A stretch of 64,000 bases of DNA. Source: Desulfatiglandales bacterium. GTDB lineage: Bacteria; Desulfobacterota; DSM-4660; Desulfatiglandales; Desulfatiglandaceae. Made by a program: the position numbers and the translations under genes. This document shows, in pieces, positions 38,192 through 48,476 of this stretch. Within the stretch, counting starts at the first letter, position 1, and each line of letters begins with the position of its first letter. The stretch covers positions 7,776,001 through 7,840,000 of the forward strand of contig OY759599.1 in assembly GCA_963662465.1 (NCBI GenBank). Direction: 5' to 3'. The notes under the pieces were generated by a model that had not been told where the DNA came from, ran no database searches, and worked only from the letters and a program-made list of their open reading frames with translations.

Positions 38192-40273
38192 TCAGGAAAC
38201 AATGGGCAATCGAACGGTGAATTGCGATCCTTTTCCCAGGACGCTCTCAACCTGAATAACGCCTTCGTGGGACAAAACAATCTGTTGAACCAGGGCCAGC
38301 CCCATTCCGACGCCGTCGGATTTGGTTGAAAAAAACGGTTTGAAGATCTCTTCCGACAAGGTTTCATCAAACCCCTGTCCCGTATCTTCAACCGTCATAT
38401 AAAGGCTCTTGCGGCGATGGGGGCCTCCAGCGGCCTCCCATCGGGTGGAGATTTTTATAAGGCCTCGCAGAGGGATGGCGTCTCGCGCATTTTGAAGCAG
38501 GTTCCAAAGGATTTGACCCATCTGCCGTCTGTCCAGATACGCCTCCGGCAAATCCGCCGCCAGTGCCTTCTCGATTTGAAGACGCGGCACAAAATCCTCC
38601 CGCTTCATCACAATCCGCAATATTTCTTCTATCAGATCATTTAATTGAAAAAGCGCCGGTTCCGGTCGCGGCGGCTGGGCGTAAACCAGAAATTCTTGAA
38701 TCACTTTCTCCAGTTGGCTGGCTTCCTTGAAAATAATATCGGCCAGGGTTTTTTCTTCCTCATTGTGATGGGGGCTTTCCCGCAGCATCTCAATGGCGGA
38801 ACGGATGGAAATGAGGGGGTTTCGCATCTCATGGGCAATGCCGGCCGCCATTTCTCCCACAGTGGCCAGTTTTTTCGATTGGGTGAGCTTGCGCCTCAAA
38901 CGGGTTTCGGATGTCAAGTCTTTCAGGTAACAGAAGATGTATGGCCTCTCTTCTTTGGACCGGGTTAAAGGAATGGTCAGAACCCCGGCGGAAAAGGCCT
39001 TTCCGGAAGGGGGCGTCAGGTGTTTTTGCGCATTGGCCGGTCTTCCCCGGTTCCAGGTTTCATCCAGCGGACAATCGTCGCACCGACTCTCCCGGCCCAT
39101 GAAAACACGATAACACTCGTGCCCCACAACCTCTTTTTCATTCATTCCGATGCGTTTTGCCACCATGCGGTTGGCGGTTTCAATTCGAAAATCAGGTCTT
39201 AAAATACAGAACCCATCCTCCATGGAATGAAAAATCTCCATCAGGCGGCCCCGGGATCGCTCCTCCATGCGCATGGTATAAATGCGGCGCACCAGAAGCA
39301 TGACCGTGACGCCTGAGCCCAGGATAACGAAGATGACGAATGCCAGGAGAATGCGTTCTTTTCCAAAGGTATTTTGCATGTATTGCTTCACTTCATTCAC
39401 GGGTGCGCAGACCGCCACGGAACATAACTGATCCCCGAGACGAAAGGGGCTGAAGGCCGCATATTTGGTTATATCATGGTAGGTATACCGGCTGATGTTG
39501 GTTTCCCCCTTCTCCATGCGGATAAAGAGGTCCTTCATTTTGTTCTCGCCCGCTTCGCCCAAAAGGATTTGAACATTGCGCCCCTCCATTTCCGGATGGG
39601 TGGGATGAATGATCACCGTTCCCGCCGAGTCCATAAGCCATCCATACCCGGTTTGGGCTACGGTGATGGGCTTGATAAAGCGGTTGCGGATTTGTTCCAC
39701 GCTGACGGTGGCCGCGATCAGTCCGTCAAATTGAGGTGTTTTAGATGGCCCTCGATCGATCAAAATGGGACAGGTCAGCACAAGGGTCCAGTAATGTTCC
39801 CGGACTTGAAGAAATCGGCTGATATGGGGTTTGAGGGACTTTCTGGTTTGCTGGAAGTAGTTGCGATGCGCGAAATTCTCCCCTTTGGCGGAACTGGGCG
39901 GGTATATGTCGATCATTACCCCTTCCCTGTCGAGACGGTAAAAATGGACCACATCCTGATCGTCTTTTTCATAAAACTGTTTCAGCATCCGATCGGTTTC
40001 AGGATTTTCCCCTGTTTTCATTTGAGGATATTGCGCCAGGAGCTTCAAATCTCGGAGGATGTCCACCAGGAATTTTTCAATGCCCGCTGCCGTCTGGCGC
40101 GCCACATTGATCTGCTGGGTATAAAATTGGTCCAGAACATCCTTTACCATGCTGTTTCGATACTCACTTGCCAGGATCAGGGTTTCGACCGCCAGAAAGA
40201 GGGTCACAAGCCCCAAAAGACAGATAATCAGGCTCAGTTTTCGAATATCCCTATGGAAAATCGTGTATCGCAT
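38192..40273 (-). CDS. Membrane sensor histidine kinase (Cache-PAS-HisKA-HATPase)
   Basis: Two TM helices flanking a Cache-like domain, AHEMRNPL H-box, NLLQNA, DTGQG, GVGMGL. Start set at ATG 40273. Confidence 0.9.
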   Translation of the reverse strand: MRYTIFHRDIRKLSLIICLLGLVTLFLAVETLILASEYRNSMVKDVLDQFYTQQINVARQTAAGIEKFLVDILRDLKLLAQYPQMKTGENPETDRMLKQFYEKDDQDVVHFYRLDREGVMIDIYPPSSAKGENFAHRNYFQQTRKSLKPHISRFLQVREHYWTLVLTCPILIDRGPSKTPQFDGLIAATVSVEQIRNRFIKPITVAQTGYGWLMDSAGTVIIHPTHPEMEGRNVQILLGEAGENKMKDLFIRMEKGETNISRYTYHDITKYAAFSPFRLGDQLCSVAVCAPVNEVKQYMQNTFGKERILLAFVIFVILGSGVTVMLLVRRIYTMRMEERSRGRLMEIFHSMEDGFCILRPDFRIETANRMVAKRIGMNEKEVVGHECYRVFMGRESRCDDCPLDETWNRGRPANAQKHLTPPSGKAFSAGVLTIPLTRSKEERPYIFCYLKDLTSETRLRRKLTQSKKLATVGEMAAGIAHEMRNPLISIRSAIEMLRESPHHNEEEKTLADIIFKEASQLEKVIQEFLVYAQPPRPEPALFQLNDLIEEILRIVMKREDFVPRLQIEKALAADLPEAYLDRRQMGQILWNLLQNARDAIPLRGLIKISTRWEAAGGPHRRKSLYMTVEDTGQGFDETLSEEIFKPFFSTKSDGVGMGLALVQQIVLSHEGVIQVESVLGKGSQFTVRLPIVS

Positions 40274-40503
40274 GGGTTGACCTTTTCTATTTATGAATGG
40301 GGAACGCTTGAAATAACCGTATTGAAATCGCAAAGATCTCGCGGCACAATAGGGATGAAAACAATCCCATGTCAAGGAAAAATGAGTAATTTTTCAGACC
40401 GCGCTATTGACTAATGAAAAAGAACGGCTTATGGTGCCGTCCCATAAAGCTTCGGTAAAAAATCACTTTCACATATGGTTTATCTTCCACTGGAACAGAG
40501 CAT

Positions 40504-42456
40504 ATGAACGACTTTCCCCTGCCGCGCATTCTCGATTTTATTCAGAAGGTCTCCCCCTTTGATACGCTCGATGACGAAGAACGCTCCCGGGTCGTGGCCC
40601 GGATGGAAATCGCCTATTATCCCCGCGGTGAAGTCCTTATCAGACGCGGCGACAACCCCCCTGAATACCTCTATATCATTCAGGTCGGTTCTGCCCGGAT
40701 TACCATATCGGACGGTTCCGATGAAGAGGTTCTGGTGGATGTACGGGGGGAGGGGGATGTCTTTGGGTCGTTAAACATTCTGGAATCCAAAGCCGCCCTT
40801 TTGGACGTGACCGCTGACGAAGACATGATTGTTTATCTTTTGCCGGCGGAAGTCCTGAAAAATCTGGTGGAAAGCCATCCGGCATTTAAGCAGTATTTCC
40901 GGTTTTCTTTATTTTCTCTGGCGCGCGACATCAAAAATGTTTACCAGTCCGACGATTCCCGGTTTTCCCAAATGACCGGCATCAAAACCCTCAACCTGGA
41001 CATGTTTCTGGTGGGAAAGCATGTGGCGGATCTCATGGCAACCGATGTTTTAACTTGTACGGCAGCCCGATCCGTACAATTCGCCGCACGGCAAATGACC
41101 CGACGCGGCGCGGGTTCCATTGTCATAAACGATGATTCGGGCGTTCCCCTGGGTATTCTCACGGACAGCGATCTTCGAAAAAAAGTGGTGGCGGAGGGAT
41201 CGCCTTTGGACGTTTCCGTAGCGGAAATCATGAGCCATCCTTTGTATACCATTAATGCCGGCGCTTTTGCCTTTGACGCGTTGCTGGACATGAGCCGATA
41301 CGGCGTAAGGCATCTTCTGGTGATGGAAAATGACCGATTGACCGGCATCATCAGCGATCACGATTTCCAGATGGAAACCGGCAGTTCGCCTGTGGGCGTC
41401 ATTGGCGACATCGACAAGTCCCAATCCGTGGACGAACTGGTGGGCATGCATTCAAAAGTTGACCGCGTTCTGGAGATGCTGTTGCGCCAGGGAGGGTCCG
41501 TCAAAAGAATGGTGGAACTGGTAACGGAGTTGAATGATCGCGTGACCCGGAAATTGCTTTTTCTCATTGAAGGGGAAATGAAAGATGAAGGCCTGGGAGC
41601 GCCCCCTTCACCCTACACCTGGATGGCCCTTGGGAGTGAAGGACGACGGGAGCAGACTCTCTTGACGGATCAGGACAATGCACTTTTTTTTGCCGCGGTC
41701 CCCGAACAAAACGAAGAAGAAGTGAAAGCGTGGTTTTTGAAGTTCTCCAAACGGGTGGTGGACGGTTTGGTGCGATATGGGTTTCCCCCTTGTCCGGGGG
41801 GCATTATGGCTTCCAACCCCCGATGGTGTCAGAGCGAAAGTCGGTGGCTGAAAACCTTTCTGGACTGGATCAATGAACCTGAGCCTTTCACCCTCAGAAT
41901 GGCCACGATTTTTTTTGATTTCCGACCCATTTATGAAGGCGCCGATTTCCTGAACACCTTCAGGCCACAGCTGAGCAAGGCCATTCAGGGCAATCCCCAT
42001 TTCCTGCGCTCTTTGGCCAAAAATGGTTTATATAACGCCCCATTGGGGTTTTTACGACAGTTTGTGGTGGAAAAATCGGGTGAACACAAAAATAAGCTCA
42101 ATTTGAAAGTCAGGGGTCTTGTCCCCATTGTGGATGCTGCGCGGGTCATGGCCCTGGACCTGGGTGTGGAGACCACCAACACCCTGGAAAGGCTGGCCGA
42201 GGTCCACCGAATGGGCATACTGGACACGCAACTTCACAACGATCTGCGGGAAGCGTACAATTTTATTAATCTGCTGAGAATCAGCCGACATCTGGAAGCC
42301 CGGGCCAGGGGCCATGAACCGGACAATTTCGTGGATCCCGTGGAGCTGAACAGCTTGCAGCGAAAAATGCTCAAGGAAAGCTTTGCCGTCATTAACCGGC
42401 TGCTTCACGATCTGGTGGAATGGCGATACCAGGCCAGGGGAATGGAGGATCAATAG
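40504..42456 (+). CDS. cNMP-CBS-DUF294 nucleotidyltransferase-like signal transduction protein
   Basis: cNMP-binding start (LYIIQVGS...GDVFG), CBS pair (GILTDSDLR), LGSEGRREQTLLTDQDNA, GIMASNPRW. Confidence 0.92.
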   Translation: MNDFPLPRILDFIQKVSPFDTLDDEERSRVVARMEIAYYPRGEVLIRRGDNPPEYLYIIQVGSARITISDGSDEEVLVDVRGEGDVFGSLNILESKAALLDVTADEDMIVYLLPAEVLKNLVESHPAFKQYFRFSLFSLARDIKNVYQSDDSRFSQMTGIKTLNLDMFLVGKHVADLMATDVLTCTAARSVQFAARQMTRRGAGSIVINDDSGVPLGILTDSDLRKKVVAEGSPLDVSVAEIMSHPLYTINAGAFAFDALLDMSRYGVRHLLVMENDRLTGIISDHDFQMETGSSPVGVIGDIDKSQSVDELVGMHSKVDRVLEMLLRQGGSVKRMVELVTELNDRVTRKLLFLIEGEMKDEGLGAPPSPYTWMALGSEGRREQTLLTDQDNALFFAAVPEQNEEEVKAWFLKFSKRVVDGLVRYGFPPCPGGIMASNPRWCQSESRWLKTFLDWINEPEPFTLRMATIFFDFRPIYEGADFLNTFRPQLSKAIQGNPHFLRSLAKNGLYNAPLGFLRQFVVEKSGEHKNKLNLKVRGLVPIVDAARVMALDLGVETTNTLERLAEVHRMGILDTQLHNDLREAYNFINLLRISRHLEARARGHEPDNFVDPVELNSLQRKMLKESFAVINRLLHDLVEWRYQARGMEDQ

Positions 42457-43187
42457 GCTTGAACCTTCTTTTCCCCCGGATCAAAAATCGGTTCATCAGA
42501 GCCGGTCTCAAGGGCAAGAAACTGCACCCCCTGGCCCGCGCCAACCTGGCCGCCCTCGATCACATCGATCTTTCCCGGAAAGCGCGCTCTCAGCGTTATG
42601 TTGTGGCGGATCTTGAAACCACGGGACTGGATTTGAAGCGGGACCGTGTGGTGAGCGTAGCGGCCCTCCGCGTGGTGGAGGGACGCATTCCATTAAACGA
42701 TATCTTTAACCGGCTCATCAATCCGGGGCAATACATTCCCCCCATCGCCATTAAAATTCACGGCATTGTGCCCGATATGGTGTCGGAAGCCGACTCCGCC
42801 GCAAAGGTCCTGGATGATTTCATGGCTTTTCTGGGGACCGATATTCTGGTGGGGCACCATTCCCGTTTTGATCTCTTTTTTCTGAATAAAGGCGCTCGCA
42901 GGCGTTACGGCATAAAGCTGCAAAATCTGGTGCTGGATACGGTCCCCCTTTGTCGAACCATCGCATTTCCGCCCCATAATTACCCCTACGGCATTGATTT
43001 GGATGATGAGCCTTCAAGTCTGGACAACGTGGCCGAACATTTCGGCATCGACATCCATGAACGGCACACGGCTTTAGGGGACGCGCTCGCCACCGCCATG
43101 ATTCTTCAGCACATATTGGTCCGTGCGGAAAAAACCGGATTGGGCCGGTTGCGAGACCTGGTGAAAGTCGGGGGCATTATGTTGTAA
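42420..43187 (+). CDS. DEDDh 3'-5' exonuclease (DnaQ-like); start uncertain
   Basis: VADLETTG, GHHSRFD, RHTALGDA. Confidence 0.88.
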   Translation: MAIPGQGNGGSIGLNLLFPRIKNRFIRAGLKGKKLHPLARANLAALDHIDLSRKARSQRYVVADLETTGLDLKRDRVVSVAALRVVEGRIPLNDIFNRLINPGQYIPPIAIKIHGIVPDMVSEADSAAKVLDDFMAFLGTDILVGHHSRFDLFFLNKGARRRYGIKLQNLVLDTVPLCRTIAFPPHNYPYGIDLDDEPSSLDNVAEHFGIDIHERHTALGDALATAMILQHILVRAEKTGLGRLRDLVKVGGIML

Positions 43188-43368
43188 GCCCTTGTTTTCC
43201 TATACGACCTATACTCAAAAACGCTTGACTCTCAAGTGAGTTCATGTAAAAGGGAAATTCTGCGGTCTGAATTGAGCGGGAACAGGATGGAAATCAATCG
43301 GATCTTGACATGTGGACTTATGCGTGCACTATATTGCGCATATTAATGCCCATTGAAGGAGTCATCCT

Positions 43369-43617
43369 ATGCGTGCAGATGTTGTACGAATGAATATTAC
43401 GCTCCCAAAGGAGGTCGCGGAATCATTGAACCGAATGGCCGGCGCCGGAAAACGAAGTCGTTTTATCACGGAAGCCATTGTGGATCGGATCGAACGGAAG
43501 AAGAAAGAGGCTCTTGAATTGGCTCTGGAAGAAGGTTACCGGGCAAACAGAAAACAGGCCCTTGCAATTTCGAAAGAGTTTGAAACCGTTGATCTGGAGG
43601 GGTGGGATGAATATTAG
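43369..43617 (+). CDS. Ribbon-helix-helix antitoxin-like protein
   Basis: RMNITLPKEV...KRSRFITEAI...LEEGY; GAAGGAG RBS; overlaps a toxin-like start. Confidence 0.75.
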   Translation: MRADVVRMNITLPKEVAESLNRMAGAGKRSRFITEAIVDRIERKKKEALELALEEGYRANRKQALAISKEFETVDLEGWDEY

Positions 43618-43648
43618 GCGGGGGCGATGCTATCTTGCCGCTTTATAA
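43607..43648 (+). pseudogene. Truncated PemK/MazF-like toxin start
   Basis: MNIRRGRCYLAAL* overlapping the antitoxin stop; resembles the RG-x-I/V-Y-x-A-x-L-DP N-terminus of MazF. Confidence 0.55.
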
Positions 43649-43687
43649 AGATTGCCGTTTTTTGGAAAAAGCGAAAGGCGTTGTTCT

Positions 43688-43709
43688 TTCCCATGCGTCG
43701 GCGTGGGAA
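43688..43709. repeat. REP-like palindrome
   Basis: TTCCCATGC-GTCG-GCGTGGGAA. Confidence 0.5.
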
Positions 43710-43738
43710 CGCATCCTGCACCCGGGAGAAATGACCGA

Positions 43739-44853
43739 ATGAAAATCGACGCCCACTACTATGCGGTTCTGGCCTTTTGCCGCGCCATCGGTTTTAATAG
43801 AGAGAGCGCCTGCACCATTGCCTGTGCCTCACAGTTCGTGGATGATGCCAGGATCAATCATGTGGTGATCGAGGGGGATATTCCCGAAGGCGTCTTGTAC
43901 GACGCCATCGAGGGTAAACCGTCCTTTTTCAATATGGCCACCTGCCATTCCTACACCCGCATCAAGACCTTCAATTACAGCGCCATGATCAACAACACCT
44001 CGGCCTTTCATTTTGTGCCGGGGTGCAGCGGAAACCATTTTGTGAAGCAGTTGCGGTGTATGGAAGAGGGGCCGGTGATCTCTGGGATTCTGAAGGAAGC
44101 CCTTTTGACGGACGATCTCGTCAAGCTGGGCATCGTGCTTCATGCCTGGGCGGATACCTTCTCCCACCAGGGGTTTTCGGGTCTTTTGAGCAAGGTGAAC
44201 GATATCGAACAGGTGCGGATACTGAACGACTCGGGAATCGTGATGGACAAATTCAAATTCATTTTCAAATGGTTGAAGGATGCCGTTTCCGAACAATTCG
44301 ATCTGTTGATCCCCGCCTACGGCCACGGCTAGGCCATGGTCTATCCGGATCTTCCCTATCTGATCTGGCGCTATGAATATGATTACACCGATGAATTTTC
44401 CAGGGGGCTCAAGTCTTCCGGAATCGTTGACAACCGGGAAAGGTTTAAGCGGGCGTTTCAAGGGATGTCCAGGCACCTGACCCGCTATCTGCGGGAGCAT
44501 GGACAATACCGGGGAAAAAAACCCGTCTCGATTGCCTGCAAGCCCTCTTTGATGCCCTTCTGATCCGAAAAATGGACGGCGGCAGAATCCGGAACTGGCG
44601 GAATGTTCTGGTGGATCAGGGTCTTTTCCACCCCGACGATCACGAGGCCCTTGAATATGACCCCATGGGATGGCTGAAGCAGGCGTTTGCCGATTTTGAC
44701 CCAAAGAAGTATGATCAGCGAACGGTCAACGGCGCAAAACTGCGTCCCGACTTTGGGCAATCCAACTGGTATCGGTATTACCGGGCCGTGAAATGGTACA
44801 AGAAACGATTTTTTCATCACTGCGAAAAGCAGGGGCTCATGATCTGCGGTTGA
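43739..44853 (+). pseudogene. DUF6765-like protein, disrupted
   Basis: MKIDAHYYAV, ASQFVDD, FHFVPG, LGIVLHAWADTFSHQGFSG. In-frame TAG at 44330 (GHG*A) and a frame change near 44510-44575. Confidence 0.75.
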
Positions 44854-44906
44854 GGGGCGGGCAGGACGTCTGGTGTGCGCCGTGGGGCTGTTATGTTAAA
44901 TGACGA

Positions 44907-45572
44907 GTGGGGGGGAGCGCTGTGTCCTCGGCTGTAAATTTCAGGCAAAAGACCCTTTATCCGGACACGAAAAATGGGTGTTTCACGGTCCGCTCCTTCT
45001 GTACGCCCCGTCAGATTGAAAAACTCTCTTTCATAAAACCGCCACCCGTTCACGGTTCACCCCCTCCTCTGGTTGTGGACAAGGAAAAGCTGATCAAAAC
45101 CGCGTCCCGAAAAGATGTCAACGTCACCCTGGCCTTTAGGGAGGACGGTGTGATTGCGGGTCTGGGAATACTGGAATATCCCGGCCCTCAGGATCGCTGG
45201 AACCTTGTGGGAGACCGGGCCATGATGGAAGTCTCGATTATCGAGGTGAGGCGACCCTGGCGCGGGAACGGCCTGGCCCAAAACATTCTGCACCTCACCG
45301 TGGATCATCCCATGGCGGAAAACCGGATATTTTATATGGTGGGATACTCCTGGACATGGGACCTGAACGGGAACAACGACACGGCCATGGAATACCGCAA
45401 TGCATTGATTCAGCTCTTTTCCGGGGAAGGTTTCAACCTTTTCCAAACCAATGAGCCCAATGTGATGTTGCGATCGGAGAATCTCTTCATGGCCCGTATC
45501 GGAAGTGCCGTTTCATCGGAAATGGTGTATCGATTCAAATTGACAAGGTTCAACCTTTTGAAGTCTGCATAG
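44907..45572 (+). CDS. AcuA-like GNAT protein acetyltransferase
   Basis: VNVTLAF...ERW-like QDRW, IEVRRPWRGNGLA, GYSWTWDL, ENLFMARIG. Confidence 0.7.
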   Translation: MGGSAVSSAVNFRQKTLYPDTKNGCFTVRSFCTPRQIEKLSFIKPPPVHGSPPPLVVDKEKLIKTASRKDVNVTLAFREDGVIAGLGILEYPGPQDRWNLVGDRAMMEVSIIEVRRPWRGNGLAQNILHLTVDHPMAENRIFYMVGYSWTWDLNGNNDTAMEYRNALIQLFSGEGFNLFQTNEPNVMLRSENLFMARIGSAVSSEMVYRFKLTRFNLLKSA

Positions 45573-45632
45573 GGGATGCTCCGCCGGCCTTTTTTACCAT
45601 GAAAATACATTCACGTTCACTCGGTTCTACCT

Positions 45633-45680
45633 GTGAGAGAGGCTTGTAGCCTCGACCATCGCGGCGGGACGCCGCTATAC
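45633..45680. repeat. Degenerate REP-like doublet
   Basis: Two adjacent hairpins, GAGGCT-TGT-AGCCTC and GCGGCG-GGA-CGCCGC. Confidence 0.45.
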
Positions 45681-45768
45681 CCTGTTACAGCTTCCTGAAA
45701 AAAGATCTGAATGCCGGCCCCTTATGTCCTCATTGCGCATTTAAACCCTAACACTTCTGGGAGAAAAT

Positions 45769-46484
45769 TTGGGAGTCAGCAACTCCCAAATCCATTCCGA
45801 GCTGTACATCAGCGGAAAAAAGCTTATTTCCAATCTTTACGATTTTCTGTCCGTCCTCCATGCCGATAAAAAAATCAACCACGATGTGCGGGTGACCGAG
45901 CAGTTCTTGGATGTGGATGGGAAAACGGTTTTGGCTTTTCATATTGCCGAAAACCCACGAACCCGTAAACCCGTGTACCTGGATGGCGACATCAGACGGA
46001 CCTTTCTGCGCAAAGGCAGTGGAGATTACAAGGCCCAGGTGCAGGATATAGAGCGGATGCTGCGGGATGCCACCTCCGAACGATGGGACAGTCAGCCATT
46101 TGAACGGGTGGATATCGAAGAGGCTTTCAACCCCAGCAGTCTGGGCTGGTATCGTGACCGCTTCCATGCGGTCAACGATAACTTTGACCCCCGCCGGCCG
46201 GACCTGGATTTCCTCTATGACTGGGGGTATGTCATTAAGAAGGATGGCAAAAGGCGACTGCCCACCCGGGCGAAAAGGAAGTCCGCAATCCGGCCATCGC
46301 CATGGCCATGCGCCGTATCGCCATGTGCGAACAGGCCGGCAGCGGTATGCGCATGATGCGCGAGGAATGGCAAAAACTCGGCCATCCCGTTCCCATCTAC
46401 AACAATGACCGGGCATGGAAGGCCTTCGAGTTCTTTATCTGGGAACTGGTGCATCATTCGAACGTCCCTGCACCCTTGTGTTGA
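45769..46484 (+). pseudogene. Fragments of an AlbA_2/HATPase_c_4 (RecG-C-like) protein
   Basis: KPVYLDGDIRRTFLRKGSGD segment; a second frame gives RRIAMCEQAGSGMRMM; N-terminus and middle are missing. Confidence 0.6.
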
Positions 46485-46555
46485 GATGGGAATCTGACGT
46501 GTTCTGTGGTATATGAGTCTCGAACTGTCATTTTTGATGTTGAAAGGGGGGCAAA

Positions 46556-47824
46556 ATGATTATTTCAAGTGGTAAGGATGAAAGATTATCTGAAATTGTA
46601 GGATACAGCGCTTTGTGGCGACTGTATAACACTTTTGAATTCTATAAGGATGCTTGCTATATCGCAGAAACCCCAGAGTCGCTGCGGACGTTCAAGAAAG
46701 AGCCGAATTATCTCCCGGAAGAAAAATATGAGACTGTTGAAGTTTCTGTTTCGGATGTGCTTGAAGACTTTTCTTTTTCCAATGGGTGGTATGCTTTTGA
46801 ACCCGGGGCCTTGGAAAAATTCAGGCAGTTGGTTGATAGTATTGGAATTGAGTGCAGGATAACAGCGGATAATTTTGAAAGCGGCCCTGGAGAGAACATA
46901 TCCCGGGTTCATATCCAGGGTCCGGATTATGATCATGATCCTGCTGATATGCTTCGGAGCATTTTGGAAGACCTCACGGTTGCTGATGGGGTGTACAAAA
47001 GGGAGTCTGTTGACGCGGCCATAGAGTATCAGGATGAGATTACCCCTCTGCTACTTGATGTTCTGGAAGAAGTCCTTGCCTCTCCTGATGAGTACGACTT
47101 TAACTCTGATTCCATGCTTCCGACTTATGCTTTGATGCTGCTCGGCCACTTCAAAGAAACAAAGAGCCATACACGGATTATTGGAATTCTTTGTCTCCCC
47201 GATGTTGCTGTCTTTGAGCTTCTGGGTGACATTATTGATGATGACATTCCTGCCGTTTTACTGAGAACTTCCGGCGGTTCATTTGATGAGATTAAATCGC
47301 TGGCACTGAAAAATTCGGCGTGGGTTTATTCAAGGATTGCAGCTTTGAAGGCCATGGTGCTTGGCGTTCTCGAAGGTGTTCTTGAACGTGATGAAGCTTT
47401 GAGATTTCTCAGTTCGCTCGTTCTGGAAAAGAGGGATGATTTTTCAAAAGTATTTTTGACAAATTTTGCGCGGTGTGTTTATGACCTGTATCCGGAAGAA
47501 CTAATGGATACCATAGAAAAGTGCTATGCTGAAGATTTGATTGACAACTTTGTCATAAGCTTACAGGAATTTCAATTCGCTCTTGAACAGGACAAAGAAG
47601 CATTCTTGGAAGAACGGAGAAATGTAAAAGAGCGGCAGTCACTTGACGACATTCATAACGCAATGTCCTGGTGGGCCTGTTTCAATGACCGTGAGGAGGA
47701 TACTCCCCGTATCAGTAGTTCACGGAACATACGCCCTCAAAAGGAAAAAAAATCAAAAACTCAGAAAAAAATGAAGAGCAAGAAAAAATTGAAAAAAGCC
47801 TCCAGAAAGAAAAATCGGCGGTGA
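46556..47824 (+). CDS. DUF1186-domain protein
   Basis: AAIEYQDEITPLLL, YALMLLGHFKE, DLYPEELMDTI, MSWWACF; basic tail. Confidence 0.7.
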   Translation: MIISSGKDERLSEIVGYSALWRLYNTFEFYKDACYIAETPESLRTFKKEPNYLPEEKYETVEVSVSDVLEDFSFSNGWYAFEPGALEKFRQLVDSIGIECRITADNFESGPGENISRVHIQGPDYDHDPADMLRSILEDLTVADGVYKRESVDAAIEYQDEITPLLLDVLEEVLASPDEYDFNSDSMLPTYALMLLGHFKETKSHTRIIGILCLPDVAVFELLGDIIDDDIPAVLLRTSGGSFDEIKSLALKNSAWVYSRIAALKAMVLGVLEGVLERDEALRFLSSLVLEKRDDFSKVFLTNFARCVYDLYPEELMDTIEKCYAEDLIDNFVISLQEFQFALEQDKEAFLEERRNVKERQSLDDIHNAMSWWACFNDREEDTPRISSSRNIRPQKEKKSKTQKKMKSKKKLKKASRKKNRR

Positions 47825-48365
47825 AATGTTAAAACTTTGTGGAACACGACAATCCTCAGCCCCGGGCTGACGTTGCATTCTACAAAGCAGGCTTTTTAAG
47901 AGCGGCTTAAACAGCAATCCAAAAGAAGGCGTTTTATATGGATTTATATTGACTTATTCAGTAGCCGGGTGTAGGCAATATGATAAACAATTCATGGGCC
48001 GTATTTCTTCTCCAATGCAATGAAGAAAAGAGGATTCAGAATGGTTTTTTTGTCTCACTGAGAACCCCGTTACTCCCGTACCGTTGGAGAGCGGGGTTTT
48101 GTATTTTGTGCCCAAGGAAAAATGTAACTCGTTAATTTTGTGAGCGTAAAGCGAAGGTGAAGGGATACGGCCGGATGGCCCGGTAAGCATTATCAATGTA
48201 AAATGGAACGGCGATGACGTTAGTGTGGACAAGTTTACTCAATTGATTATGCATTTTCAGCTTTTCGCATTCAGTGCATTTAAATACGCTCTATTCCGTT
48301 GACAAGCACTTATCTTCCTGACACGAATAGACACATGGAATCGGGTCAAAAAGAGTACGGAAAAA

Positions 48366-48476
48366 TTGAACCAACAAATTGATATCAAAATTAAAAGTCA
48401 CATTTATGGCCACGGAAAAGGTTGGGTTGTTTCCCCTGCCCATTTTCCTGGCCTGGAGATGACCGGGGTCCGGTGA
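48366..48476 (+). pseudogene. N-terminal remnant of a DUF6088/AbiEi-like protein
   Basis: IDIKIKSHIYGHGKGWVVSPAHF; stop overlaps the next ATG (TGATG). Confidence 0.5.

Noticed and set aside
48170..48180. CCGGATGGCC resembling an IS21 end
   Set aside because: Only 10 bp and lacks the AAAATCCCCCAC unit
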